Assembly (NCBI GenBank): GCA_965203415.1
Contig: CBDBCS010000006.1
Coordinates: forward strand, 343,789 to 407,788
Direction: 5' to 3'
DNA from: Alphaproteobacteria bacterium
Lineage (GTDB): Bacteria; Pseudomonadota; Alphaproteobacteria; CBDBCS01
DNA length: 64,000 nt
In this document: one piece after another, positions 9,823 through 19,466 of the stretch
How the letters are laid out: each line of letters opens with the position of its first letter
Numbering within the stretch: position 1 is the first letter of the stretch
Notes under the pieces: model-generated
Seen by the model: the letters and a program-made list of their open reading frames with translations, nothing else
What the model was told of the DNA's origin: nothing
The model's database searches: none
Translations under genes and position numbers: made by a program

Positions 9823-12800
9823 GCACGCCCTTCAGAGAGGTCCTCGGTGGACGCTTCCGTGAACGCATCGACGAACGCATCGACACGGGTTCCAAATGGG
9901 GACGCCCCAGAGAAAGCCGCCTGGCCGGTGCGCCTTCCGCGCACCTCTTTCGAGATGCGCGCCAATCTCCCGCAAAAAGAGACGGCTTGGATACGCCTCT
10001 GGGACGAAACGAGGCTTTGGCAGCGTCTGCGCCGCCAATCCGAGGGGCGTCCTGTTTTTGTCCTCCACGACGGGCCGCCTTATGCGAATGGTCATCTCCA
10101 TATCGGGCATGCGGTCAATAAAATTCTGAAAGACATCGTCAATAAGACCCAACAGATGGCGGGCTATGACGCGCACTATGTCCCGGGGTGGGATTGCCAC
10201 GGCCTGCCTATCGAGTGGAAAATCGAGGAAACCTACCGGCAAAAAGGACGCAATAAAGACGAGGTTCCGGCGCTGGACTTTCGGGAAGAGTGCCGCCGAT
10301 TCGCTCAAGATTGGGTCGGCATTCAGTCTCGGGAATTTCAGCGCATGGGCGTGCTAGGGGCCTGGGACGACCCCTATCTGACGATGACGCCTCAAGCGGA
10401 GGCCGCTATTGCCGCCGAGATGGGCTCTTTTCTGTTGTCTGGGGCTCTCTATCGCAAAGCGCGCCCGGTGTTGTGGTCTATCGCCGAGAAAACCGCCCTC
10501 GCCGAGGCCGAAATAGAATATCAAGAGGTGAAATCCATCACCGTCCACGTACGTTTCCCGGTGCGCTCCGTCCCGCCCGGCTTGCCGCCCGAGCTCCAAG
10601 AGCGCACGGGCGTGGTGATCTGGACCACCACGCCCTGGACGCTGCCGGGCAATCGAGCCATCGCGTGTGGCTCCTCGACGCGTTACGTGCATTTTGAACT
10701 GACGGCCCCGGTGGCGGCGGCTTCGGGCGGGCGCGGTTTAGTGGTCGGCGACCGCTTGCTGGTGGCCGAAGAGCGGCTCGAGTCCCTATGCCAGGCGTGT
10801 GGCCTCGCGTCGGTGCGGCGGCTAGGCGTGTATGCGGGCGCAGACCTAGAGGGCCTCCGGTGCGCCCACCCCTGGGCCGAGGCGGGCTATGCGTTTGAGG
10901 TGCCGCTGGCGTGCGCCTCGTTCGTCGAGAGCGACCAAGGCACGGGGTTCGTCCATGTGGCCCCGGGGCATGGGCCCGATGATTTTGCCCTCGGCGAGAA
11001 AATCGGGCTCGAGAACCCGCCGACGCTGGACGAAGAGGGCCGCTTTCTGCCGCATCTGCCTCTGGTGGCTGGGCTTGAGGTCTATCGACAGGATGGCTCG
11101 ATCGGGCGCGGGACGCTGGCTTGCGTTCGGGCTCTGGCGGAGACGACGCCGCATTTATTGGCGAAGGGCTCTTTACGGCATGCTTATCCGCACAGCTGGC
11201 GTTCTAAAATTCCGCTGCTGTTCCGGAATACGCCTCAGTGGTTCATCCCCATGGCGGCACTGCCGGGAAAGACATCGGAGACGGGGCTCCGAGAGCAGGC
11301 TCTCGAGGCTCTAGACGCGGTTCGTTTTTTCCCCCCCGCCGGCGGCGACCGGCTCCGAGCCATGATCCGGGAAAGACCCGACTGGTGCGTCTCGAGGCAG
11401 CGGAGTTGGGGCGTTCCTCTCCCTGTTTTCTACCACCGCGAAACGGGCGAGCCGCTGCGTTCTCCAGAACTTATGAAGCGTATCGCGGACATTTTTTCCA
11501 AAGAGGGCTCGGATGCTTGGTACAAGCCGGGTGCCAAGCAACGCTTCCTGCAGGGCCTCGTCGCCGACGAAGAAATGGGCGACCTCATCCAGAGCACGGA
11601 CGTCGTGGATGTCTGGTTCGATTCGGGGTCTTCGCATGCGTTTGTTTTAGACAGACGGAAGCTCCCGTGGCCGGCCGACCTCTATCTGGAGGGCAGCGAC
11701 CAGCATCGCGGCTGGTTCCACTCTTCGCTGCTGGAGGCCGTCGGCACACGAGGCCGAGCCCCCTATAAAGCCGTCTTGACGCACGGTTTTGCCCTGGATG
11801 ACCGAGGCCGAAAAATGTCCAAATCGCTCGGCAATATCGTGACGCCCGAGACCATCATAAAACGCTATGGGGCCGATATTTTGCGGATCTGGGTCGTCGC
11901 CGCCGACTATCAAGAGGACATCCGTATCGGAGAAGAAATCCTCGCGACGCATGTGGACGCCTATCGGTCTCTGCGTAACACGCTGCGTTTTCTTTTAGGG
12001 AATATGTCTCATTTTGACCCTGCGCGGGCTGTCCAGTCCTACGAGGCCTTCCCGCCGCTGGAACGCTATATTTGTCACCGGCTCCGCGAGCTGCACCAGC
12101 GTCTGGAACACCATCGGACCCAACACGCTTATACGCGGATCTTTCGAGAAATCCTGACGTTTGCGACGGTGGAGCTCTCTTCGTTTTATTTTGATATCCG
12201 GAAGGATGTCCTGTATTGCGATGGGGACGACTCGGGGGCCTATCGAGCCTGCCAGACGGTGTTAGAGGCTCTGTTCCGGAGCCTCTGTACGTGGCTCGCC
12301 CCGATTCTGTCTTTCACCTGCGAAGAGGCATGGGAGGCCTTTCCACATCGAAGCCCCGAAAGGCCCTCTATTCACGAACAGAGCTTTTTCGAACCGCCGG
12401 CTCCTTGGCTTCAGGCGGGTGTGGGGGCGAATTGGCGTCAGAATATTCTCCCTCTGAGGAAAAAAGTCATGGCTCTTATGGAGGAAAAACGCAGGGACAA
12501 AATCATCGGGCCCGCTAGAGAATCCCAAATCCGCATCCAAAGCCCGGAATTGAAAACCGAGGGGAAAACCGGGGTGAAAACCGGAGAGACTCTTTTTGGT
12601 TTGTCGGCGCCTCAGTGGGCGGAACTGTGCCTCACCGCAGAGGCACACTTGTGTCAAGGCCAGACAGAGACAGGCGACCCGGGAGACACAGGCGACCCCG
12701 GAGACACAGGAGACCCTAGCGCCCTGGAGGTCCAGGCCGTCCAAGGCAAAAAATGCCAGAGATGCTGGCGCGTCCTATCCGAACTCGCAGAGTCCTCGGC

Positions 12801-12867
12801 GGACCTGTGCCGGCGCTGCCGCAAAGTCGTGGAGGACTCGCCTATATCGCCCACGTCTCGCCCTTGA
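9823..12867 (+). CDS. ileS: isoleucine--tRNA ligase (ORF track begins at 9589; the conserved N-terminus MARPSERS...FEMRANLPQKE starts at 9823)
   Basis: HIGH motif (PPYANGHLHIGHAVNK), KMSKS motif (KMSKSLGNIV), C-terminal Zn-finger CQRCWRV...CRRC. Contains an in-frame GDPGDTGDPGDTGDP repeat (about 12674-12718). Confidence 0.95.
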   Translation, partial: ARPSERSSVDASVNASTNASTRVPNGDAPEKAAWPVRLPRTSFEMRANLPQKETAWIRLWDETRLWQRLRRQSEGRPVFVLHDGPPYANGHLHIGHAVNKILKDIVNKTQQMAGYDAHYVPGWDCHGLPIEWKIEETYRQKGRNKDEVPALDFREECRRFAQDWVGIQSREFQRMGVLGAWDDPYLTMTPQAEAAIAAEMGSFLLSGALYRKARPVLWSIAEKTALAEAEIEYQEVKSITVHVRFPVRSVPPGLPPELQERTGVVIWTTTPWTLPGNRAIACGSSTRYVHFELTAPVAAASGGRGLVVGDRLLVAEERLESLCQACGLASVRRLGVYAGADLEGLRCAHPWAEAGYAFEVPLACASFVESDQGTGFVHVAPGHGPDDFALGEKIGLENPPTLDEEGRFLPHLPLVAGLEVYRQDGSIGRGTLACVRALAETTPHLLAKGSLRHAYPHSWRSKIPLLFRNTPQWFIPMAALPGKTSETGLREQALEALDAVRFFPPAGGDRLRAMIRERPDWCVSRQRSWGVPLPVFYHRETGEPLRSPELMKRIADIFSKEGSDAWYKPGAKQRFLQGLVADEEMGDLIQSTDVVDVWFDSGSSHAFVLDRRKLPWPADLYLEGSDQHRGWFHSSLLEAVGTRGRAPYKAVLTHGFALDDRGRKMSKSLGNIVTPETIIKRYGADILRIWVVAADYQEDIRIGEEILATHVDAYRSLRNTLRFLLGNMSHFDPARAVQSYEAFPPLERYICHRLRELHQRLEHHRTQHAYTRIFREILTFATVELSSFYFDIRKDVLYCDGDDSGAYRACQTVLEALFRSLCTWLAPILSFTCEEAWEAFPHRSPERPSIHEQSFFEPPAPWLQAGVGANWRQNILPLRKKVMALMEEKRRDKIIGPARESQIRIQSPELKTEGKTGVKTGETLFGLSAPQWAELCLTAEAHLCQGQTETGDPGDTGDPGDTGDPSALEVQAVQGKKCQRCWRVLSELAESSADLCRRCRKVVEDSPISPTSRP

Positions 12868-12924
12868 CAGACATGAGAAACAGGCCTCTCGTGATGGTGC
12901 CTCGACGTTCCCTGACATACCACC

Positions 12925-13272
12925 CCTAGAAACACACACACAACCCACCCCTAGAAAAAAACACAACCGACGCCTAGAAAAACGCACAACCCACCCCTAG
13001 AAAAACGCACGACCGACACCTATAAAAACGCACAACCGACGCCTAGAAAAAAACACAACCGATACCTAGAAAAACGCACAACCGACACCTAGAAAAAAAC
13101 ACAACCGATACCTAGAAAAAAACACAACCGACGCCCAGAAAAACGCACAACCCAACCCTAGAAAAACGCACAACCGACGCCTAGAAAAACGCACAACCGA
13201 CGCCTAGACATACACACAACCCAACCCTAGAAAAACGCACGACCGACACCTAGAAACACACACACAACCCCC
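12925..13272. repeat. tandem array of 15 x 23-bp units (consensus CCTAGAAAAACGCACAACCGACG) in the ileS-lspA intergenic region
   Basis: Direct reading shows 15 contiguous head-to-tail units with minor variants and no unique spacers. The first, 13th and last units share a CACACACAACCC variant. Confidence 0.9.
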
Positions 13273-13313
13273 GCGCTAACGAGCCTCCAGAGCAATCTAT
13301 TAGAGTCAACCCC

Positions 13314-13823
13314 GTGCCACGCTTATCTTCTCCCATCGGAGGCCTAAAGAAGCTCGTCTGGAGTCTTGCGATAGGCTTCCCCATTGTGCTGCTCGACAAA
13401 GTCACGAAGGACCTCGTCCTGACCTTCCGGACGGAGCCGGGGCTCATTGCCGAGGTGACGTCTTTTTTCAATCTGGTGCTCGTCTATAATCGAGGCGTGA
13501 GTTTCGGACTTTTTCAACAAACCCCGGGGCAGGTTCCTTATCTGCTTTTTGCTCTTGTGGGGACTCTTCTGGTGCTGCTGCTCTTTTTCATAGCCCGCGC
13601 CCGGGACCTAGGGTCTCTTTGTGCTTTTTCGCTGATTTTCGCGGGCGGCATCGCCAATTTAACGGACCGAATCGCCTTGCCGGGCGTCGTTGATTTTCTG
13701 GATTTTCATCTGGGAGGCTACCACTGGCCCGCTTTTAACGTGGCTGATATAGCGATTTGCCTCGGGGTTTTTTTGTATCTCGTGGCGGGGTTTTGGAAAA
13801 GCAAGAAGGACGCGTCCAGCTAG
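13314..13823 (+). CDS. lspA: lipoprotein signal peptidase (signal peptidase II)
   Basis: 169 aa; motifs NRGVSFGLF and FNVADIAICLGV; conserved ileS-lspA synteny. Confidence 0.9.
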   Translation: MPRLSSPIGGLKKLVWSLAIGFPIVLLDKVTKDLVLTFRTEPGLIAEVTSFFNLVLVYNRGVSFGLFQQTPGQVPYLLFALVGTLLVLLLFFIARARDLGSLCAFSLIFAGGIANLTDRIALPGVVDFLDFHLGGYHWPAFNVADIAICLGVFLYLVAGFWKSKKDASS

Positions 13824-13829
13824 GAGCCC

Positions 13830-14476
13830 TTGTGCTGGCGGCCGGCCGCGGCTCCCGCATGGGGGGGTCGGTGCCCAAGCCTCTGGTGCCGCTCGACGGG
13901 AGGCCCATGGTGTTCCGAGTCCTAGACGGGCTGAGTCAAGCCGGTATCGCCAGAGCCACCCTCGTTCTGGGACACGAGGGGGCTCGTATTCAGCGCGCCG
14001 TTGAAGCCGAAGCTGAAATTTCCGAAAACACGGGCGCGAATGTGCCGGGACATTTCCCGGAACATTTTCCCGGACATTGTGCCGTGCGTTTTAGGGTCTG
14101 TCCGCAATGGGCTCTGGGGTTCGCCGAGTCCATGCGGTACGGCTTGCGTTTCTTGGCTTCGCATACATCATGGACGCACGCGCTGGTCTGTTTAGCCGAC
14201 ATGCCTTTGGTTCGGGCCTCGACGTACCGCCGGCTCCATGAGCGTGTTCTGCGTCAACCAGAGCTCGCGATTCTTTTCCCGCAACTTGGTTCTCTGTGTG
14301 GGCATCCGCCCGTTTTATCGCGGGCGGTGTGGCTGCGTCTTATCCGGGACCTGGCAGGAGGCGGCGACACGGGGCCCCGCAAACTGCTGGCAAATTACGC
14401 CCGCGAGGGCACCGCAACCGCCTATTTGAGCGTCGACGACCCGGGCATTTTGCGCGATTTCGACACGCCTTTCTGA
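13830..14476 (+). CDS. MocA/MobA-like NTP transferase (molybdenum cofactor cytidylyl/guanylyltransferase family)
   Basis: LVLAAGRGSRMGG..KPL motif, LADMP, GHPPV, VDDPGILRDFDTP. The ORF track starts at 13757, overlapping lspA; the real start is probably GTG near 13830 or ATG at 13858. Confidence 0.7.
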
Positions 14477-14517
14477 CGCCTCTTTTTTCCCCGGTTCTTT
14501 TCCCCGGGGCCTCCCGC

Positions 14518-15144
14518 CTAGAGGTCCAAATTCACGTCCGGCGGAAGCGTCACTTGAGCCAGGACTTCTCGACAGAGAGCTTCGCCGAAACCACGCCTCT
14601 GGAACGCGGCGTAAATTTTGTGGCGCGTTCTCGGGTCCTCGGGCGTCTGCCCAAAGGGCCCCACCGCCAGACGCCGAGCCAAATAATAGGCCGCCTGACG
14701 CTGCTTGTGCTGAGCCTCCTCGGACCGGGGGGCGAAAGGGAGACACGCGACGCCCTTTTGGGAGAGCCGGCTGCGGATATAAGCGACGGACTCGCCGCGG
14801 CGGAGACGGCGGCGAGTCTCGAGCCTGGCATAGCGTTCGTCCGAAATCCAGTCCTCGGCCTGGAGGCGCCGGAGGACCGATTCGATCAAAGAAGCGGCTT
14901 CGCCCTCGTCCTCGCCCTCTTGGTCTCGGTCTGGGTCTCGGTGTTTTCGTCGGAGTCGTCTCTGCAAGAGGTGCCGGACCATCTGCGTACTGGCCTCGCG
15001 CCTAGCGGCATAGGCGACGGCGATGCGATAGAGCTCCTCGATATCGGCGGCGGCGGCGGCATCGGCCGCCTCATCTGCCTCGGCGGTTGCGTCGTCAGGT
15101 TTTTTTTCCGACTTCGCGGTCATAAGCAGCCAGGAGCGTCTCAC
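14518..15144 (-). CDS. recX: RecX-like regulatory protein (start uncertain, low-complexity N-terminus)
   Basis: Three-helical-repeat pattern with ...RREASTQMVRHLLQRR..., ...VAYIRSRLSQKGV..., ...HKIYAAFQRRGFGEAL... resembling RecX. Confidence 0.55.
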   Translation of the reverse strand: MRRSWLLMTAKSEKKPDDATAEADEAADAAAAADIEELYRIAVAYAARREASTQMVRHLLQRRLRRKHRDPDRDQEGEDEGEAASLIESVLRRLQAEDWISDERYARLETRRRLRRGESVAYIRSRLSQKGVACLPFAPRSEEAQHKQRQAAYYLARRLAVGPFGQTPEDPRTRHKIYAAFQRRGFGEALCREVLAQVTLPPDVNLDL

Positions 15145-15967
15145 AAACGCGTCCGGGGTTAAAAGCGTGGCCGTCGATTTCTCGGATAGGTGTGATCTCG
15201 GCGGCGGTTCCGGTCAGGAACACTTCCGAGGCCTGTCGCAATTCGTCGGGCAAGATGGCGCGTTCGACGGTCGCCATCCCCTGGCGTTGAGCCAACTCTA
15301 TGACGGTTTGGCGGGTGATGCCGCTGAGAAAACAGTCGGCCTCGGGCGTGTGGAGTTTCCCATCCATAAACAAGAAAAGATTGGCTCCTGTGGCCTCGGC
15401 GAGGCGCCCTCGATAGTCCAGCATGAGCGCATCGTCATACCCGTTCGCCTCCGCCGCGTTTTTGGCGAGCGTGCAAATCATATAGAGACCGGCGGCTTTG
15501 GCGTGGACGGGGGCGGTCTCGGGCGGCGGGCGGCGCCATTGGCTCGTTTGGAGCCGGATGCCTCGCATACGGTCCTGAAAATAGTTCCCCATCGCCCAAC
15601 ACGCAATGGCGAGGTGAATCGTAGAGCCAACCGAGGCCACGGTCATAGACTCGCTCCCGCGCCAGGCGACGGGTCGGACATAAGCGTTCCTCAGGCCGTT
15701 CGCAGCGACGACGTCTCGGCAAGCCTGGTCGATAGCGGCGACCGAATAAGGCACCTCATAGCCGAGATAGGCCGCCGATTGGTGAAGGCGCTCGGAGTGC
15801 TGGGTAAGCTTGAAAATCTCGCCCTCATAGAGGCGATTCCCCTCGAAAACGGTCGAGCCATAGTGCAGCCCATGCGTCAGGACGTGCAAACGTGCCTCCT
15901 GCCACGGCACCAGAGCCCCATCAAACCATATGTTACCCTCTAATTGGTCAAAAGCTGGATGCGTCAT
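15095..15967 (-). CDS. ilvE: branched-chain-amino-acid aminotransferase (start taken at MTHPAFD; ORF track extends to 16027)
   Basis: ...IWFDGALVPWQEARLHVLTHGLHYGSTVFEGNRLYEG...TGTAAEITPIREIDG... are typical class IV aminotransferase / IlvE signatures. Confidence 0.9.
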   Translation of the reverse strand: MTHPAFDQLEGNIWFDGALVPWQEARLHVLTHGLHYGSTVFEGNRLYEGEIFKLTQHSERLHQSAAYLGYEVPYSVAAIDQACRDVVAANGLRNAYVRPVAWRGSESMTVASVGSTIHLAIACWAMGNYFQDRMRGIRLQTSQWRRPPPETAPVHAKAAGLYMICTLAKNAAEANGYDDALMLDYRGRLAEATGANLFLFMDGKLHTPEADCFLSGITRQTVIELAQRQGMATVERAILPDELRQASEVFLTGTAAEITPIREIDGHAFNPGRVCETLLAAYDREVGKKT

Positions 15968-16231
15968 GAGGTGGGCTCCTTGTGAGGGACACAGTTGCGA
16001 TACGAAAAGAGGCGTGCTATAATACACATGGGCACCCGTGCGGGGTACCGCGAGGTGCTCTGGGGGCTACTCTAGAGACCGCGAGGGGAAATGTCAATAT
16101 GGGGCGGCCCCGGGATGGAATCTGGGGTAAGATCCGGGGGAAGCCTGAAGAGACACTCGGGGAGATTCGGAGAGACTGGCCGTCGCACACTCAAGACGCC
16201 GTTCTTTCGAGGAGACACTAGAAACAAAAAA

Positions 16232-16987
16232 ATGCGAGGAACAGACCCCTTTTATCTCCACAAGGCGCGCCTGCGGGAGGGGCTGGAGCTCTTCATGCGC
16301 GGGCATGCCCGCCTGCGGGCCGGTTTCGAGAAAGAATTGACCGCGGCCGGGTTGGGCTACACGCATTACCGAGTCCTCAGTGCGCTTCTGCCGGAGGAGG
16401 GCTTAACGCTCAAGGCTTTGCGCCTGGAGTTGGATATCACGAAGCAGGCTCTCTCGAAGACGCTGGGGCGTTTGTCTCAGTTGGGGTGCATCGAGGCGAG
16501 CGTCGAACCCGGCGACCGACGCGCCCGAGCCCTGCACTTAACCGAAGCGGGGCGGCACCTGGAGGCCCGGCTCACGGCGGCTCTTTTGAGACCCCTCGGC
16601 CAGGCGTGGCGGGCGGCAGGCCCCGAAGCTGCCCTCGGGTTTTGCCTCGTTTTAGAGAATCTCGGGCGGATGTCGCTTGGGGCCGGGGCCCCGAGACGGC
16701 CAGGGAAACCGAAAAAACAAGAGACCCCAGAAACCCGGGAACCCAAGGGTTGGGAACCCAAGGAGCACAACAAACAGGCGATCGATTCGAACCAAGAAGA
16801 GGAGCCCCATCAAGATAGTCGCCATCGCCCCCCATCGGGAGGGCTCCGGAAAGAACGCCGGCCTCCGACGGCGGGGTCGGCGTGGTCGTCTCGTTTTGTC
16901 CCGTCTGAAAAAAAAGTCAGCCGGATGACGAACCGGATGACGAATCCGGGAAGAGAGCCTCTTCAACGCACGGAAGCGATTCTCTGA
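16232..16987 (+). CDS. MarR-family transcriptional regulator with about 100-aa low-complexity basic/acidic C-terminal tail
   Basis: Winged-helix region LTAAGLGYTHYRVLSALLPEEGLTLKALRLELDITKQALSKTLGRLSQLGCIEASVEPGDRRARALHLTEAG. The ORF track begins at 16091 in frame; ATG at 16232 is preceded by a purine-rich stretch. Confidence 0.75.
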   Translation: MRGTDPFYLHKARLREGLELFMRGHARLRAGFEKELTAAGLGYTHYRVLSALLPEEGLTLKALRLELDITKQALSKTLGRLSQLGCIEASVEPGDRRARALHLTEAGRHLEARLTAALLRPLGQAWRAAGPEAALGFCLVLENLGRMSLGAGAPRRPGKPKKQETPETREPKGWEPKEHNKQAIDSNQEEEPHQDSRHRPPSGGLRKERRPPTAGSAWSSRFVPSEKKVSRMTNRMTNPGREPLQRTEAIL

Positions 16988-17106
16988 AAAGAGGCAGACC
17001 TAGATAAACACAACGAGACAAACGCAACGGGCAACGAACAAAAAGAACAAGACGGCGAGACGACCCGTCGGAAAAAGGGGTCTGAAAGGGATGTGGAAGG
17101 AAATAT

Positions 17107-17928
17107 ATGACTGAGGCTCATGTTCTAGTGGTGGACGATGATGTTCGTCTTTTGCGTCTTCTGCGGAAATTTTTGGCGGATTGCGGGTTCCGGGTCTCGG
17201 AGGCGGAAAATGGCCTCGAGGCGCGGCGTCTCGTCCAGAGTATCGTTTTCGATATTATCGTCCTGGACGTCATGATGCCGGACGAGTCGGGCTTGGATGT
17301 GGCACGCGACCTTATGACGACGGCTTCTGGTCCTATTTTGATGCTCACGGCTCTCGGCGAGCCCGAACAGCGCATCGAGGGCCTGGAAATCGGTGTGGAT
17401 GAATATATGACAAAGCCCTTCGAGCCACGCGAACTGGAGTTGCGAATCCGGAATCTGCTGCGCCGGCGCAACGGCGATGGCGGCAAAATCGAAGCCTCCA
17501 AAAGTCGCGTGTTCCATTTCGGAGACCTCGTCTTTAGTTTAGACGACATGGCCCTGACCCGAGCCGGCCAAACGGTTCGGCTGACGCCGAACGAGCAGAA
17601 TTTACTCAAGATTTTCTGCGAGCGTCTGGACCAACCTCTCAGCCGTCCTCAAATCGGGCGGCTGGTCGGAATTGCAGGCGGGAACAGAGCCGTGGACGTC
17701 CAAATTGCCCGACTGAGGCGCAAAATAGAAAAAAATCACCACGAGCCGCAATTTCTCTTGACAAAACGCGGGCAGGGTTATCACTTGAGTACCTCCCCTA
17801 CCAAAAGCAAGGCTTCAGACGGCCTCTCGGAAGACGGGGGGGAGCTCGATGGGCCAAAATTCGATTTCGGGACTATCAACCCTCAGAGAAGCTCTAAGCA
17901 TGCGAATCGTGGGACCAAGGTGCTCTAG
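17107..17928 (+). CDS. OmpR-family two-component response regulator with C-terminal tail
   Basis: Receiver domain (VLVVDDD...D...LDVMMPDESGLDV...MLTALGE...KPFEPRELELRIRNLLRR) plus winged-helix output (RLTPNEQNLLKIF...VDVQIARLRRKIE...LLTKRGQGYHL). Confidence 0.85.
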   Translation: MTEAHVLVVDDDVRLLRLLRKFLADCGFRVSEAENGLEARRLVQSIVFDIIVLDVMMPDESGLDVARDLMTTASGPILMLTALGEPEQRIEGLEIGVDEYMTKPFEPRELELRIRNLLRRRNGDGGKIEASKSRVFHFGDLVFSLDDMALTRAGQTVRLTPNEQNLLKIFCERLDQPLSRPQIGRLVGIAGGNRAVDVQIARLRRKIEKNHHEPQFLLTKRGQGYHLSTSPTKSKASDGLSEDGGELDGPKFDFGTINPQRSSKHANRGTKVL

Positions 17929-18056
17929 GGTTGCTTCGCCCTTGCGGCTGCTCTTGCGACGATGTGATTCCTCTTTTTCAGGTGCCTCCTTTCCAGAAAA
18001 TCCCTCGGAACGTTTTCGCCAGGTCTTTTTCTTCGCCTGTTCCGGTGTCTCTGTCC

Positions 18057-18449
18057 ATGTTTGAAGCCGTCACCAACGCCATTCGAGTGCAGGTCCAGCC
18101 CAGCTTTGTGTCCGAAAAAAGCCATCTTCACAAGCACGTCTTTATCTGGTCTTATCGAGTTCGAATCTGCAATCTCGGGCAGGACACCGTGCAATTGCGG
18201 AGCCGCTATTGGCGTATCGTCGACGCGGACGGAAACATCCACGAAGTCCGCGGCCGCGGCGTCGTCGGCGAGGAACCCGTCCTTGTGCCGAACGCCAGTT
18301 TTGAGTATAGCTCTGGGACGCCTTTGGACACGAGCTCTGGGTTTATGTCGGGCCATTACGAAATGGAAAACCAGAACCAAGAGCGCTTTTATGTGGATAT
18401 CCCTCTTTTTTCGCTGGATAAGCCTGGCACGATTGTTTCGATTCATTAG
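18057..18449 (+). CDS. apaG: ApaG (DUF525) protein; ORF track starts at 17931 but the conserved start is MFEAVTNAIRVQV
   Basis: ...SYRVRICNLGQDTVQLRSRYWRIVDADGNIHEVRGRGVVGEEPVLVPNASFEYSSGTPL... matches the ApaG family. Confidence 0.85.
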   Translation: MFEAVTNAIRVQVQPSFVSEKSHLHKHVFIWSYRVRICNLGQDTVQLRSRYWRIVDADGNIHEVRGRGVVGEEPVLVPNASFEYSSGTPLDTSSGFMSGHYEMENQNQERFYVDIPLFSLDKPGTIVSIH

Positions 18450-18738
18450 CCTGTCATGAGCCCGGGCGGGTGCCGTCTCTCCCAGCATCGTTTTTCCTGA
18501 ATCGTCCCCCGGGGGGGTCCCCGGGGACTTTCCCCGAGTTTTTTCTGAACTTTTGCCTCTTTGATGGATTTTCGGCTTTTTTTCTGGCATGGCCTTATGG
18601 ACCCCATGGTGGGTTACATGGTGGGCCGGCGCCTTGTTCCGTCATCGTTTGGCGGCGGCGGCCTCTTGGGCCGCCCCGGCATGCATTTCTCCGGTATGAA
18701 TTCCGGCGTCTGAAAGACGCTGCTCGAAGAGGCCGACT

Positions 18739-19404
18739 ATGAACCGAACCCTTGTTCGTCAGACTCTGTGTGCCACGCCCCCGGCGGGCCCCGAGAGAGA
18801 CCCAGCGGGCGACCGCGGGCACGCTCTAGAGCGTGCCGCTCTAGAGCGTTCTCTCGCGGACCTCATTGACTGGGTCGGCGACGATTCAGAGCGTCTCGCC
18901 GACACCCCGGCGCGCGCCCTGCGCGCGTGGCGAGAGCTCACCGCCGGCTATCGCCAGGACCCGATAGCGCCTCTGATGCAGGCTCGTTTCCCGTATCAGG
19001 GCGGGCGTCAGCTTGTAACCGTCCATGCCATCCGCGTCCATGCCGTGTGCGAGCACCATTTACTCCCGTTTTTCGGCCTGGCGCATATTGCTTATTTTCC
19101 GACGCGTTTTATTGGCGGTCTCTCGAAATTTGCCCGGACGGTGGAGGCTTTGGCGCGACGTTTGCAACTCCAGGAGCATCTCACGCACCAGATTGCTCAA
19201 ACCATCCAGACGGCTCTGGAACCCGAGGGCGTGGCGGTCTGTTTGGATTGTCACCATACGTGCATGGCGTTGCGCGGAGCAAATCAGGCGGAAAGCCGAA
19301 CCACAACGCAATTTTTCTCGGGGCTGTTTGAGGAAGATTTTCGACTCCAGTCTCAGTTTTCGGACCAGTGCCGGCGCAAGAAGGCCTCGCCTGGAGATTT
19401 TTAG
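18739..19404 (+). CDS. folE: GTP cyclohydrolase I
   Basis: ...CEHHLLPFFGLAHIAYFP...GLSKFARTVEALARRLQLQEHLT...GVAVCLDCHHTCMALRG... are FolE signatures. Confidence 0.9.
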   Translation: MNRTLVRQTLCATPPAGPERDPAGDRGHALERAALERSLADLIDWVGDDSERLADTPARALRAWRELTAGYRQDPIAPLMQARFPYQGGRQLVTVHAIRVHAVCEHHLLPFFGLAHIAYFPTRFIGGLSKFARTVEALARRLQLQEHLTHQIAQTIQTALEPEGVAVCLDCHHTCMALRGANQAESRTTTQFFSGLFEEDFRLQSQFSDQCRRKKASPGDF

Positions 19405-19466
19405 GTTTTCTCTTTTTTTCCTGGTTTTCCCGGCTTGTTCCCGGTTTGTTTTTTGGGGGGCAGAGG

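Noticed and set aside
12925-13272. Possible CRISPR array (regular 23-bp repeats)
   Set aside because: Units are contiguous head-to-tail with no unique spacers and no cas genes nearby; this is a minisatellite, not CRISPR.
17925-18590. 221-aa ORF antisense to apaG
   Set aside because: Overlaps the well-conserved apaG on the opposite strand; Arg-rich, no recognisable family; typical high-GC shadow ORF.
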